This document shows positions 18,994-28,578 of a stretch of DNA of 64,000 nt, one piece after another. The position numbers and the translations under genes were made by a program. The first letter of the stretch is position 1. The number at the start of each line of letters is the position of its first letter. The stretch is from contig JBQLZK010000002.1 in the NCBI GenBank assembly GCA_052168235.1, positions 64,001 to 128,000 of the forward strand, in the 5' to 3' direction. A model generated the notes under the pieces. The model had not been told where the DNA came from. It ran no database searches and worked only from the letters and a program-made list of their open reading frames with translations. This stretch comes from Thainema sp. (GTDB lineage: Bacteria > Cyanobacteriota > Cyanobacteriia > Phormidesmidales > Phormidesmidaceae).

Positions 18994-19075
18994 GTTTTGA
19001 TGGTTGATACATCGCGCTTTGCGCGGCATATCAATCATCAAAACCCATCAAAACCCATCAAAACCCACCAAAACA
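18994..19075. repeat. Imperfect hairpin followed by four 10-bp tandem units (CATCAAAACC)
   Basis: Hairpin at about 18994-19044; tandem units start at 19036, 19046, 19056 and 19066. Confidence 0.75.
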
Positions 19076-19237
19076 ACGTTGACAAACCAATAGAGGGAAT
19101 TGGCTACCAAGTCACGGCAACTCGTCACCTCTTCTAAGCTGGGAGATAAGTTATGAGACGAAACATCAGCAGTGTCTCATAGATTGTCGTCTAGGATGGG
19201 ACAAGGCTTCCATCACAAAACCGATTTTCGATTCAGT

Positions 19238-20986
19238 ATGGCTCGTTCTCAACTGCATAAACTAGGCACCTACCTGCGCCCCCACTGGAGACTAGAAACA
19301 ATCGGAATCCTATGCCTGTTTGCCGTGAATGGACTTGGCACCTGGATTCCCTTGATCATTCGAGACAGCGTCGATGAACTCCAAGTGACGTTCGACTTCA
19401 ACCAAGTTTTGCGCTATGTCGTGCAGATTTTGGTGATGGCAACCATCATGCTGGGTTTCCGAATGGTCTCACGCATTGTGCTGTTTGGCGTGGGGCGACA
19501 GGTCGAGTTTGACCTCAAGCAAAAGATTTTTCGCCACTTGTTGACCCTTGAACCGGCCTATTTCGCTCGCAATACAGCCGGGGAGTTAATCAGTCGCGCC
19601 ACCAGCGACGTGGATAATATTCGACGGCTGGTCGGCTTTGCCGTCTTAAGTTTGGCCAACACCATCTTTGCCTATGCGATTCGACTACCTGCCATGCTGT
19701 TTATCAACGTGCGCTTGACCCTGGCAGCGATTGTGATTTACCCCATCATGCTGATTCTGGTGCAAGCCTTTAGCCACAAACTGCGCTCAGAGCAGCTCAA
19801 TGTGCAGGAACGTCTATCAGACTTGAGTGATTTGATCCAGGAAGATATGAGCGGTATGCCGCTGATCAAAATTTATGCTCAAGAAGAAAACGAACGCCGC
19901 GCCTTTCACCAGCGGAATCAGAAATTACTGGGGGCAAACCTAGCACTGGCCAAAACTCGCAATACGCTATTTCCCCTGCTGGGCGGACTAGCCAGCATCA
20001 GCTTATTGATTCTGCTGGCGTTAGGAGCTGGAGCCATCTCTACAGGGCAAATTTCTGTGGGCGACTTTGTTGCGCTGCTAATTTATGTTGAGCAGCTCGT
20101 CTTTCCCACTGCGCTGCTCGGCTTCACGATTACGGCTTATCAGCGTGGTGAGGTCAGTATTGATCGAGTAGAAGCTATTCTGACCGCTCAACCGCAAATT
20201 AAAAATGAACCAGATGCCATCGATTTACCGTTGGAAGATGTATCCGGACGACTAGAAGCACGACAGTTGACCTATACCTATCCCGATGCTGCCGAACCGG
20301 CTTTGCTCTCAGTCAATTTTTCACTCAATCCCGGTGAAACCATTGCTATTGTTGGCCCAATCGGTTCTGGTAAATCGACTCTAGCTAATGCTTTACCGCG
20401 TTTACTGGATATTGAACCAGGTCAACTCTTTCTGGACGGGATTGACGTGACCCGTATTCGGCTCCAGGATCTGCGACGTGCGATCGCATATGTTCCCCAA
20501 GACAGCTTTCTGTTCAGCACATTAATTAAAGACAATATCCGATACGGCGACCCCTTAGCCTTCCAAACAGACGTAGAACATGCCGCCAAAGAAGCGCAAA
20601 TCCATGAAGAAGTTCTCAATTTTCCAAAGCAATACGAGACCATCGTTGGAGAACGCGGCATCACTCTATCGGGAGGTCAGCGTCAGCGCACTGCTTTGTC
20701 CCGTGCGTTACTCGTGGACTCATCCATCCTGATTTTGGATGATGCTTTATCCAGCGTCGACAACCAAACTGCCACCCGTATCCTCAATAACTTGTCCACA
20801 GGCACACAGCGCAAAACCGTACTGTTTATTACCCACCAAATGTCTGCCGCCGCCACCGCCGATCGCATTTTGGTCATGGAGGCTGGTCAAATTGTCCAAT
20901 CAGGCTCTCATACTGAACTCGTTAGCCAACCGGGGCTATACCAATCCCTCTGGGAGCAGCACAAGCTCGAAGAAATTTTGCAGTAA
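19238..20986 (+). CDS. ABC exporter, fused permease/ATP-binding protein
   Basis: TM domain plus GPIGSGKS, LSGGQRQR and ILDDALSSVD motifs. Confidence 0.93.
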   Translation: MARSQLHKLGTYLRPHWRLETIGILCLFAVNGLGTWIPLIIRDSVDELQVTFDFNQVLRYVVQILVMATIMLGFRMVSRIVLFGVGRQVEFDLKQKIFRHLLTLEPAYFARNTAGELISRATSDVDNIRRLVGFAVLSLANTIFAYAIRLPAMLFINVRLTLAAIVIYPIMLILVQAFSHKLRSEQLNVQERLSDLSDLIQEDMSGMPLIKIYAQEENERRAFHQRNQKLLGANLALAKTRNTLFPLLGGLASISLLILLALGAGAISTGQISVGDFVALLIYVEQLVFPTALLGFTITAYQRGEVSIDRVEAILTAQPQIKNEPDAIDLPLEDVSGRLEARQLTYTYPDAAEPALLSVNFSLNPGETIAIVGPIGSGKSTLANALPRLLDIEPGQLFLDGIDVTRIRLQDLRRAIAYVPQDSFLFSTLIKDNIRYGDPLAFQTDVEHAAKEAQIHEEVLNFPKQYETIVGERGITLSGGQRQRTALSRALLVDSSILILDDALSSVDNQTATRILNNLSTGTQRKTVLFITHQMSAAATADRILVMEAGQIVQSGSHTELVSQPGLYQSLWEQHKLEEILQ

Positions 20987-21255
20987 ACCCGCATCTTGCA
21001 CTGAATCTCCAAAATTACACTTTAAAGCTCTTGTTGTTTGGTTCTTGCTCTATAGAGCAAGTTCAACTATGTAGCAGCTCAATAATCTTTGGTGAAAGCT
21101 CCGCTTAGAATGGGTTTCACTGAAGATTAGTGCTTATCTTGGTAGCAGATTTTGTATGACAATTTACGGTGAGTGCGTGTGCAGATGACTGGTTTCCATG
21201 AGCAAATTTGGTATACGACGGGCAAACTGATCTAGACCACTATCATTGGCGCAGT

Positions 21256-22134
21256 ATGGTTTCGTTATTGCACAAATTAAATTACTATCGGCAAACCGTC
21301 CCACGAGAACTGCCGTACTGGATGCGAGATCAGATCCGGCTAACACTGCAAGCCCCTAGCCTTGAGCAGGTTGTCAATCAGCGAGAAATTCGAGTTTTAG
21401 GCCTGCGTCGCAGCGGAAATCACGCCATTATTAACTGGATACGCCATCAGCTGTCTGGTAACATCTGGCATTTGAACAACATTCGGCCCGATAAAAATCC
21501 CTATCGGGTTTTGTATCAGCACTACCCCAAAGATCATCTCAAGCCAGAGGCTTGGGGCAATTTCACGCCGAAAGATGCATTAATTTATTCCTATGAGGAC
21601 TATCGCCTAAGCGATATTGTCACCTCTAAAACCACGGCTCATCATGACCTCTATCTAGGCCGCAGCGCCCAAACAACTACCATTTTGATTCTGCGCGATC
21701 CGTTCAACCTATTTGCCAGCCGCCTCAAACAGGGATTTATTAAAGTCAAATCTCCTGCCCACAGCATGGTCGATTTGTGGTTGGAATATGCACAAGAATT
21801 TGTGAGGGAGAGCCAGTTTTTGGATGATTCCACCATCTTCGTAAACTACAATGAATGGTTTCGCAGCCCAGCCTACCGTCAAACCATTGCGGCTCAACTA
21901 AACATCCCATTCTCCGACGCAGGACTGGAACAGGTTAAGTCCCAAGGCGGCGGCAGTTCGTTTGATGGGCAAGCTTTGCAGGGACGTGCCCAAGAAATGA
22001 GCGTGTGCGATCGCTGGCAGCACTTTGCCACCGATCCAACCTATCTCCAGCTCCTCTCAAATCCCGCCATCAGCCATTATTCAGAACTTATTTTTGGCCA
22101 TATCCCTGGCACAGAAATTACTTCACAAACCTAG
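21256..22134 (+). CDS. Sulfotransferase-like P-loop protein
   Basis: VLGLRRSGNHAIINWI (5'-PSB-like) and ILRDPFNLFAS (3'-PB-like) motifs. Confidence 0.6.
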   Translation: MVSLLHKLNYYRQTVPRELPYWMRDQIRLTLQAPSLEQVVNQREIRVLGLRRSGNHAIINWIRHQLSGNIWHLNNIRPDKNPYRVLYQHYPKDHLKPEAWGNFTPKDALIYSYEDYRLSDIVTSKTTAHHDLYLGRSAQTTTILILRDPFNLFASRLKQGFIKVKSPAHSMVDLWLEYAQEFVRESQFLDDSTIFVNYNEWFRSPAYRQTIAAQLNIPFSDAGLEQVKSQGGGSSFDGQALQGRAQEMSVCDRWQHFATDPTYLQLLSNPAISHYSELIFGHIPGTEITSQT

Positions 22135-22175
22135 ACTACAAACCGAAAGGTAAACAGAAGGTGATGAAGGAGAAG

Positions 22176-23621
22176 CTAAGCTGTACGGTCTGGTAGCCAT
22201 GTCGCCAATTCATTTTTGATCCCTGAATAGGCCGGATCACCTGCTAAATTTGTCCATTCATTTGGATCAGTCTGATGATCATAAAATTCTTCAGTTCCAT
22301 CAGAGTAGCGAATGAGCCGGAATTGCTCGGAACGGACGCTGGAATGAGCAGACCATGTTGTAATAGCTGGGTAATTCCATTCTGCTGCTGGATTCTTCAA
22401 TAATGGAACTATACTTCGCCCATCTATATCAGCGTTTGAATTGGTATCTAAATTTAGTCCACATAATTCAATTAGAGTTGGATAAATATCGATTAAACTG
22501 ACAGGCCGGCTACAGACCTGCCCTAACTGATTATTCTGCTGATACATAGATGGAGGAAACCTGAAAATAAGTGGAATTCGAGTTGCTTCTTCCCAGAGCG
22601 TAAATTTTCGCCAGTGCAACTTTTCACCCAAATGCCAGCCATGATCCGACCAGAGGACTACTATAGTGTTATCTCTGTATGGACTAGCATCCAGTGCAGT
22701 TAAAACTTGCCCTAACATTTCATCCATAAAGTAGATTGAGGCCAGATAGGCTTGAACAGCCTGCTGATACTGATTATGCTTTAAGACTTTTGAGTGATCA
22801 TCTTGGGGATGAGCGAGTTTAACTCCAGCTAGAGGAATATCATTAAGATCGTCATCTTTAATGATGGGAAGCTGAATATTTTCTAAGGGAAATTCATCAA
22901 AATACTTTGAAGGAAGATACCAAGGTAGATGAGGACGAAAGAATCCGCAAGCCAAGAAAAAAGGACGTTCATCGCTTTCAGTACTCAACGTTTGAAGCTG
23001 TTCAATAATCCAGCTTGCAACATTGACGTCATACATATCTTGAGTCTGATTCGAAATCGGGCCCCAATCAAAAATACCTGGATTTGGTAAGCCATTTAAG
23101 GGTGGATTATCAGGAAAAGGCCCTGGATTGATTGCACCATTACTCGGAAAATAATCATTCCATCCTTCTCGCTGTATATCAGTTAAGCTTTCGCCATTGT
23201 GATAAATTTTTCCTGCACCTTTAACCTGATAACCATTTTGTTGGAATAGTTGAGGAATGGTAACTGCGTCAGGCAAAATTTTGCGCCAAAACGTTTTGTT
23301 GTCGTATAGTCCTGATCGATAAGGCTCAATTCCGGTTAAGACGGCTGTTCTCGAAGCATTACAGGAGGGAGCAGAACAGTATGCTTGGCTAAAAAGAATG
23401 CCCTGATTGGCTAGACGATCTAAATGAGGTGTCTTAGCTTGCGGATGGCCCTTTAGAACTCCAACCCAATCATTTAAATCATCGATGCTGATAAATAGCA
23501 CATTAGGCTGCGAGGATCGAGTGGAAAAACTGTTGTTCACTGCCCTTTGCTTTTGACAATTAGTAGCTAAAGCTGAGAGAAGTGAAGCACCTGATAATAA
23601 GCAAAAGTCTCGTCGTTTCAT
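22176..23621 (-). CDS. Sulfatase (iduronate-2-sulfatase/choline-sulfatase-like), Tat-exported
   Basis: MKRRDF Tat motif, PNVLFISIDDL, CNASR (CxxxR), GKIYH, RPHLP and WSDHGWHLGEK. Confidence 0.9.
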   Translation of the reverse strand: MKRRDFCLLSGASLLSALATNCQKQRAVNNSFSTRSSQPNVLFISIDDLNDWVGVLKGHPQAKTPHLDRLANQGILFSQAYCSAPSCNASRTAVLTGIEPYRSGLYDNKTFWRKILPDAVTIPQLFQQNGYQVKGAGKIYHNGESLTDIQREGWNDYFPSNGAINPGPFPDNPPLNGLPNPGIFDWGPISNQTQDMYDVNVASWIIEQLQTLSTESDERPFFLACGFFRPHLPWYLPSKYFDEFPLENIQLPIIKDDDLNDIPLAGVKLAHPQDDHSKVLKHNQYQQAVQAYLASIYFMDEMLGQVLTALDASPYRDNTIVVLWSDHGWHLGEKLHWRKFTLWEEATRIPLIFRFPPSMYQQNNQLGQVCSRPVSLIDIYPTLIELCGLNLDTNSNADIDGRSIVPLLKNPAAEWNYPAITTWSAHSSVRSEQFRLIRYSDGTEEFYDHQTDPNEWTNLAGDPAYSGIKNELATWLPDRTA

Positions 23622-23678
23622 CTAATCGCTGTTAGGGCTTTGATGGAAATTCCGTGGATAAGTAGAGTTGAATTCACC

Positions 23679-24371
23679 TTAATCTAAGGTCACTAACTCC
23701 GTACTGCTCAATGGCGCATAATTAAAACGTAGTTTAAAGTGATCAGCAAATTGCTGGATCAGAACAGGTTCCACATCGGCACGAGTGATACCTGGCATAA
23801 ATTGTGCTAGGCTCCCGACTGGTTTGTCCGTGATGCCACAGGGCACGATGTGCTGAAAACCAGCCAAATCAGGGCAGATGTTGAGGGCAAAGCCGTGCAT
23901 AGTAATCCATCGACTGGCCTTGATGCCGATTGCAGCTACTTTACAGTCTGCAATCCAAACTCCAGTTAAACCTGGAATTCGCTGTCCTGTTAAGCCCAGA
24001 TGAGCCAAGGTTTGAATTAATATTTCTTCAAGTTGGCGTAAGTACCAATGTAAGTCTTTTTGATGTCGGACTAGGTTCAATATCGGATAGCCAACTAACT
24101 GTCCGGGCGTGTGATAGGTGATTTCGCCGCCCCGCTCAACTCGATACAATTCGACATCAAGACTAGCGGGATCACTCTTAAGAAATTCTAAACTTGCGCC
24201 TTGCCCAAGGGTGTAGACTGAGGGATGCTCTAGCAACAGTAAAACATCGGGTAAATCCGGCTGCTGACGGCGAGCTTCAACGAGTTGTTGCTGCCACTGC
24301 CAAGCGGTTGCATAAGGGATTTTTCCCATTTGATAAAGCTGGCAAATCGGCTGCGATCGCACATTAGGCAT
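23679..24371 (-). CDS. lipB: Lipoyl(octanoyl) transferase
   Basis: [38 protein letters not shown] and IVPCGI motifs. Confidence 0.95.
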   Translation of the reverse strand: MPNVRSQPICQLYQMGKIPYATAWQWQQQLVEARRQQPDLPDVLLLLEHPSVYTLGQGASLEFLKSDPASLDVELYRVERGGEITYHTPGQLVGYPILNLVRHQKDLHWYLRQLEEILIQTLAHLGLTGQRIPGLTGVWIADCKVAAIGIKASRWITMHGFALNICPDLAGFQHIVPCGITDKPVGSLAQFMPGITRADVEPVLIQQFADHFKLRFNYAPLSSTELVTLD

Positions 24372-24565
24372 AGCGAAGAAAGATGAAAAAAACAAGCGGA
24401 TTTTACCTGAAACTGGCTTGAAAATGTGACGAAACACGTCAAGAAACGTCAAGCCATGCAAAGGATCTTAAAGGAGTCTGTTGTCCAGAATACAAGGTGT
24501 TAGGGTGAAAGTATCCCACAGATCTACAGGGATGTAACACCCAATAAGTAAGGGGAGGAAGCTGT

Positions 24566-25219
24566 ATGAAGCTTGTTATCCAGGGTAAAAACATAGACAT
24601 CACAGACTCTATCTATGATTACGTCCATCAAAAAATTGAGAAGGCAGTGAGCCACTATGAAAATCTGACAACCGAAGTCGATGTGACATTGTCGGTGGCT
24701 CGTAATCCCCGGATAAATCCAAAGCAAACGGCTGAAGTTACGATCTACGCTAATGGAACGGTTGTTCGTGCAGAAGAAAGCAGCGAAAACCTTTATGCCA
24801 GTATCGATTTAGTCGCCAACAAGATTGCTCGCCAGTTGCGCAAGTATAAGGGTAAGCGAAATCGCAAATCGCACACAACTGCCAAACCCAATGAAGTGTT
24901 CCGTGGTCAGCAGATCACGACGGATGTTTCACGTGTCCTACATGAGCGTCAGCCAGAGCTGCCATCGGAAGTAGTGCGGGCAAAGTACTTTGCCATGCCG
25001 CCGATGACCGTTGCAGAGGCACTAGAGCAGCTAGAGCTTGTGGATCATGATTTTTACATGTTCCTCAATGCAGATACTGATGAGATCAACGTGATTTATG
25101 AACGGAATCACGGTGGGTATGGTCTCTTGCAACCCCGCAAAGCTAATCATCATGAGAATGGCAATGGCTTCCATGCTGAGATGGAAGAAGAAGCCCTCGA
25201 AGCGTTAAGCCAAAGCTAG
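24566..25219 (+). CDS. hpf: Ribosome hibernation promoting factor (long HPF / LrtA)
   Basis: [21 protein letters not shown] and the C-terminal [11 protein letters not shown] domain. Confidence 0.95.
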   Translation: MKLVIQGKNIDITDSIYDYVHQKIEKAVSHYENLTTEVDVTLSVARNPRINPKQTAEVTIYANGTVVRAEESSENLYASIDLVANKIARQLRKYKGKRNRKSHTTAKPNEVFRGQQITTDVSRVLHERQPELPSEVVRAKYFAMPPMTVAEALEQLELVDHDFYMFLNADTDEINVIYERNHGGYGLLQPRKANHHENGNGFHAEMEEEALEALSQS

Positions 25220-25245
25220 ACAACGCTAAATTCCCAATACTCTTA

Positions 25246-25308
25246 TAAAGTCCCAAAGAGCCATGATGCCGTCGCAACGCGACGGCATCATGGCTCTTTG
25301 GGACTTTA
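25246..25308. repeat. Long perfect palindrome (30-bp arms) between convergent genes
   Basis: TAAAGTCCCAAAGAGCCATGATGCCGTCGC-AAC-GCGACGGCATCATGGCTCTTTGGGACTTTA. Confidence 0.9.
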
Positions 25309-25332
25309 GGATCTGGCAACAGGGCAATCTTT

Positions 25333-26127
25333 TTAGCGTAAAGGCCACCAAGAGACCTTGTCGCGTGTAGCGCTGTAAGCTTCTTTGAGTCCTTCTGGAT
25401 TCGTGACATGCACGATATCGTTGCTGCCGTCGGATGCTTTACCTGATTTCAAGAGCCCAACTTTAATCATTCCTTTTAACACCTGCTCGACGGTGCGATG
25501 ATTAAGCTGGCAGGCTTTAGCGATGATATCTACGGGGAGGTCGAAATCAAACGTGGCGGTGTCATCAGGCAGGTGCCGCAGCGTGCGCTCTTGATAAACT
25601 AACGCCCGTAACAACGAGGCAACAGCTTGAGGCGGATAGGCGCTACAGTTCAGCAGATGGTACTGAAACTTTTCCCGCAGTTCGAACAGCATGTTGTAGC
25701 GATCGCAAAATAGAGCATTGTTTTCGTAGAGCGCTTGAATCGCTGCCACAGGAATTTTGACGACATCCGTGGTTTTATAGGCTTCCACCAAACTAGGAAA
25801 CGCACGGCAGACTTTACCGTAAGCAAAATCCAAATTACGCATCCCGAAGCAGCCGCCGGGATAAGTAACGGCAATAATCCGATCGAGCGGTGTACTGCGA
25901 ATCACCACTGGCCCACCCGCCGTAACCACATAAAGGTGCTCAAGGGAATGATCAGGACGAAATGCCGTGTAGATCGGACGACTGGAGTACAGTTTTTCGA
26001 CAATGAGCTGATTGGAATCGAGATAAGTTGCGACATCGGCAGCATTCATACCCTGGAACAAAAAATTGCCCTGAATCAACAGGTCGATGAGGTCAGATGG
26101 AGCTAAATGCTTTGCCTGCTTTGTCAT
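25333..26127 (-). CDS. Crp/Fnr-family transcriptional regulator (divergent)
   Basis: cNMP-binding-like N domain (LYVV...PGGCFG) and C-terminal HTH IIAKACQLNHRTVEQVL. Confidence 0.7.
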   Translation of the reverse strand: MTKQAKHLAPSDLIDLLIQGNFLFQGMNAADVATYLDSNQLIVEKLYSSRPIYTAFRPDHSLEHLYVVTAGGPVVIRSTPLDRIIAVTYPGGCFGMRNLDFAYGKVCRAFPSLVEAYKTTDVVKIPVAAIQALYENNALFCDRYNMLFELREKFQYHLLNCSAYPPQAVASLLRALVYQERTLRHLPDDTATFDFDLPVDIIAKACQLNHRTVEQVLKGMIKVGLLKSGKASDGSNDIVHVTNPEGLKEAYSATRDKVSWWPLR

Positions 26128-26532
26128 GCCGATGCTCCCGACGAGTTAGCCAACCTATTGTGGCATATGGAATCAAGATTTTTGGGCCGTCTCAAGAATT
26201 GGGGCTGATGAGTTTCATGAAAGCTGTAGCGTGCTACCAGCATAATCTTTCAGGCTTTAGATTAACTCCGCGAGCGCGGTCTATTGGCAGATTTAGTGTG
26301 AGTTTTCGATAAAGCTAAATTAAATCGATTTGAATCTGAATACATTTAAGATACACTCAGGAATCAAATGCATTTGCATTCTTAGCCTTGTGAAAGGCTG
26401 CTCAAGTTAAAGGTGCTGTTTCAGTTGAAGCAGTTTTCTTGTCTCAGCGTTGATTCCGTTCAACATTGATTGATGAATGTGGGCACACTATGACCGCTCC
26501 ACTCCCTCGCTCTATTTCTCAAGGGATCTGAT

Positions 26533-28446
26533 ATGCAAATTACACGGTTCAGATTTTTACGTGGATCTTGGCGGCGCAGTCCGTGGCAAAGTCTTGGCTT
26601 ACTGGTTTTGCTGGGTGCTGGGTTGAGTGTTGGTATAGCCTTAATCGGCGGAACAGAGCTTGCGCTACCGCTGGATTTGACTTGGCAGGGTTGGCTTGCG
26701 ATCGCAGTTACTGTATTGGCGTTCTTGCTCAATGCACTGACCCAACTACCAGCCGATATCGTGTTTTTGGGCGGCTTAGCCGTCCTTTTTTTGACGGGAG
26801 TACTGGATGAGCAGGCAGCTCTGGCCGGATTCAGTAATTCCGGTTTACTGACTGTAGGTGTGCTCTACATTGTGGTGATGGGCCTGCAACAAACGGGGGG
26901 ACTGGCCTGGATTTCCCAGCGCGTCTTGGGTTTACCAAAAGGATTATTTCGGGCGCTGTTACGTCTCATCTTGCCCGTCGTCGGTATGAGCGCTTTTTTG
27001 AACAACACGCCCGTTGTCGCCATGTTTGTTCCCGTGGTGAATGACTGGTCGCGTAAGTTACGCCTCAGCCCGTCGAAACTGATGATTCCGCTCAGCTATG
27101 CTGCGATTTTTGGCGGTATTTGTACGCTAATTGGTACCAGTACAAATCTGGTGGTCAACGGTTTGCTGATTGCCAATACGGATTCTCCTGGCCTGAGAAT
27201 GTTTGACATCACGCTAGTCAGCTTGCCCTGTGCGGCAGCGGGTTGTATTTACCTGCTGGCCGTCAATCGCTGGCTCCTGCCCGATCGCAAGCCCGCCCTG
27301 AGCAACTATGACGATCCCCGTGAGTACACTGTTGAAATGGTGGTTGAGCCCGGCAGTCCTCTAGCTGGTAAGAACATTGAGCAGGCTGGCTTGCGCCATT
27401 TGCCCGGACTGTATTTGGGTGAGATCGTGCGCGATGGCCGCATGATTGGAGCAGTTAGTCCCCAAGAAGTCCTACAGGAAGACGATCAACTGGTATTTGT
27501 TGGCGTTATTGACTCAATTGTCGATCTGCAAAAGCTGCGCGGCCTCAAACCTGCCACCAATCAAGTCTTTAAGCTGGATGAGCCACGGACAGAACGCTGC
27601 CTGATTGAAGCCGTGGTATCCAATACCTGCCCGATTGTGGGCCAAACCATTCGCGAAGGCCAGTTTCGCACTCGCTACAATGCTGTCGTGATCGCCGCTG
27701 CCCGCAATGGTGAACGCTTGCAGGGCAAAATTGGCGATATCATTCTGCGTCCGGGCGATACGCTCCTGCTGGAGGCCAGCCCTTCCTTTCTAGAGCGGCA
27801 GCGCGGCTCCCGCGATTTCTATTTGTTCAGCGCCGTGCCCAATTCGGAACCGTTGAACCACGATAAAGCTCCCCTAGCGCTAGCAATTTTGGTTGGTATG
27901 GTGCTGCTAGCGGCGTTTGGCTGGATGAGTATGCTACAGGCGGCGGTATTGGCATCGGTTTTGATGATTGTGACCCGCTGCTGTACGCCTGATAAAGCGT
28001 TGGGCAGCGTGGAATGGTCGGTGCTGCTCGTCATTGCAGCGGCATTAGGTATCGGTCAAGCCCTGGAAAGTACCGGAGCTGCAACCGCGATCGCAACTTC
28101 ATTTGTGTCCCTGGCAGGCGATAATCCCTGGATTGCCTTAACCGTGGTTTACGGGATCACCACGATTCTGACGGAGGTCATCACCAATAATGCGGCGGCG
28201 GCGCTGGTCTTTCCAATTGCACTGGCGGTTTCTCAAAGTTTAGACGTGAACTTTATGCCGTTTGCGATCGCAATTATGATTGGCGCATCGGCAAGTTTTG
28301 CCACTCCCATTGGCTATCAAACAAATCTGATGGTTTATGGCCCCGGTGGCTATAAGTTCACCGACTTCATGCGAATCGGCATCCCGCTCAATCTGCTGTT
28401 CTGGGTTCTAACCGTTACCATCACCCCTCTGGTTTACCCGTTCTAA
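26533..28446 (+). CDS. SLC13/DASS-family permease with two TrkA-C domains (Sac1-like sulfate/dicarboxylate transporter)
   Basis: SAFLNNTPVV, TLIGTSTNL, TNNAAA and TPIGYQTNLMV motifs. Confidence 0.9.
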   Translation: MQITRFRFLRGSWRRSPWQSLGLLVLLGAGLSVGIALIGGTELALPLDLTWQGWLAIAVTVLAFLLNALTQLPADIVFLGGLAVLFLTGVLDEQAALAGFSNSGLLTVGVLYIVVMGLQQTGGLAWISQRVLGLPKGLFRALLRLILPVVGMSAFLNNTPVVAMFVPVVNDWSRKLRLSPSKLMIPLSYAAIFGGICTLIGTSTNLVVNGLLIANTDSPGLRMFDITLVSLPCAAAGCIYLLAVNRWLLPDRKPALSNYDDPREYTVEMVVEPGSPLAGKNIEQAGLRHLPGLYLGEIVRDGRMIGAVSPQEVLQEDDQLVFVGVIDSIVDLQKLRGLKPATNQVFKLDEPRTERCLIEAVVSNTCPIVGQTIREGQFRTRYNAVVIAAARNGERLQGKIGDIILRPGDTLLLEASPSFLERQRGSRDFYLFSAVPNSEPLNHDKAPLALAILVGMVLLAAFGWMSMLQAAVLASVLMIVTRCCTPDKALGSVEWSVLLVIAAALGIGQALESTGAATAIATSFVSLAGDNPWIALTVVYGITTILTEVITNNAAAALVFPIALAVSQSLDVNFMPFAIAIMIGASASFATPIGYQTNLMVYGPGGYKFTDFMRIGIPLNLLFWVLTVTITPLVYPF

Positions 28447-28458
28447 CGAAACGCTTCC

Positions 28459-28502
28459 AAAACAGTAAGCCCTGCCGCAACTGCGGCAGGGCTTACTGTT
28501 TT
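28459..28502. terminator. Long palindrome / bidirectional terminator (21-bp arms)
   Basis: AAAACAGTAAGCCCTGCCGCA-AC-TGCGGCAGGGCTTACTGTTTT. Confidence 0.75.
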
Positions 28503-28527
28503 TAGGCTAGTCAGAAATTCAGTCCCC

Positions 28528-28555
28528 GTCGGGACACGGCATGCCGTGTCTCTAC
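28528..28555 (-). repeat. GTAG-type REP (same family as 3749-3777)
   Basis: Minus strand reads GTAGAGACACGGCATGCCGTGTCCCGAC. Confidence 0.75.
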
Positions 28556-28578
28556 AGCAGGCTCATCAACCCGCAATT

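Noticed and set aside
19036..19075. CRISPR-like array
   Set aside because: The 10-bp units are contiguous with no spacers, and there are no cas genes in the window.
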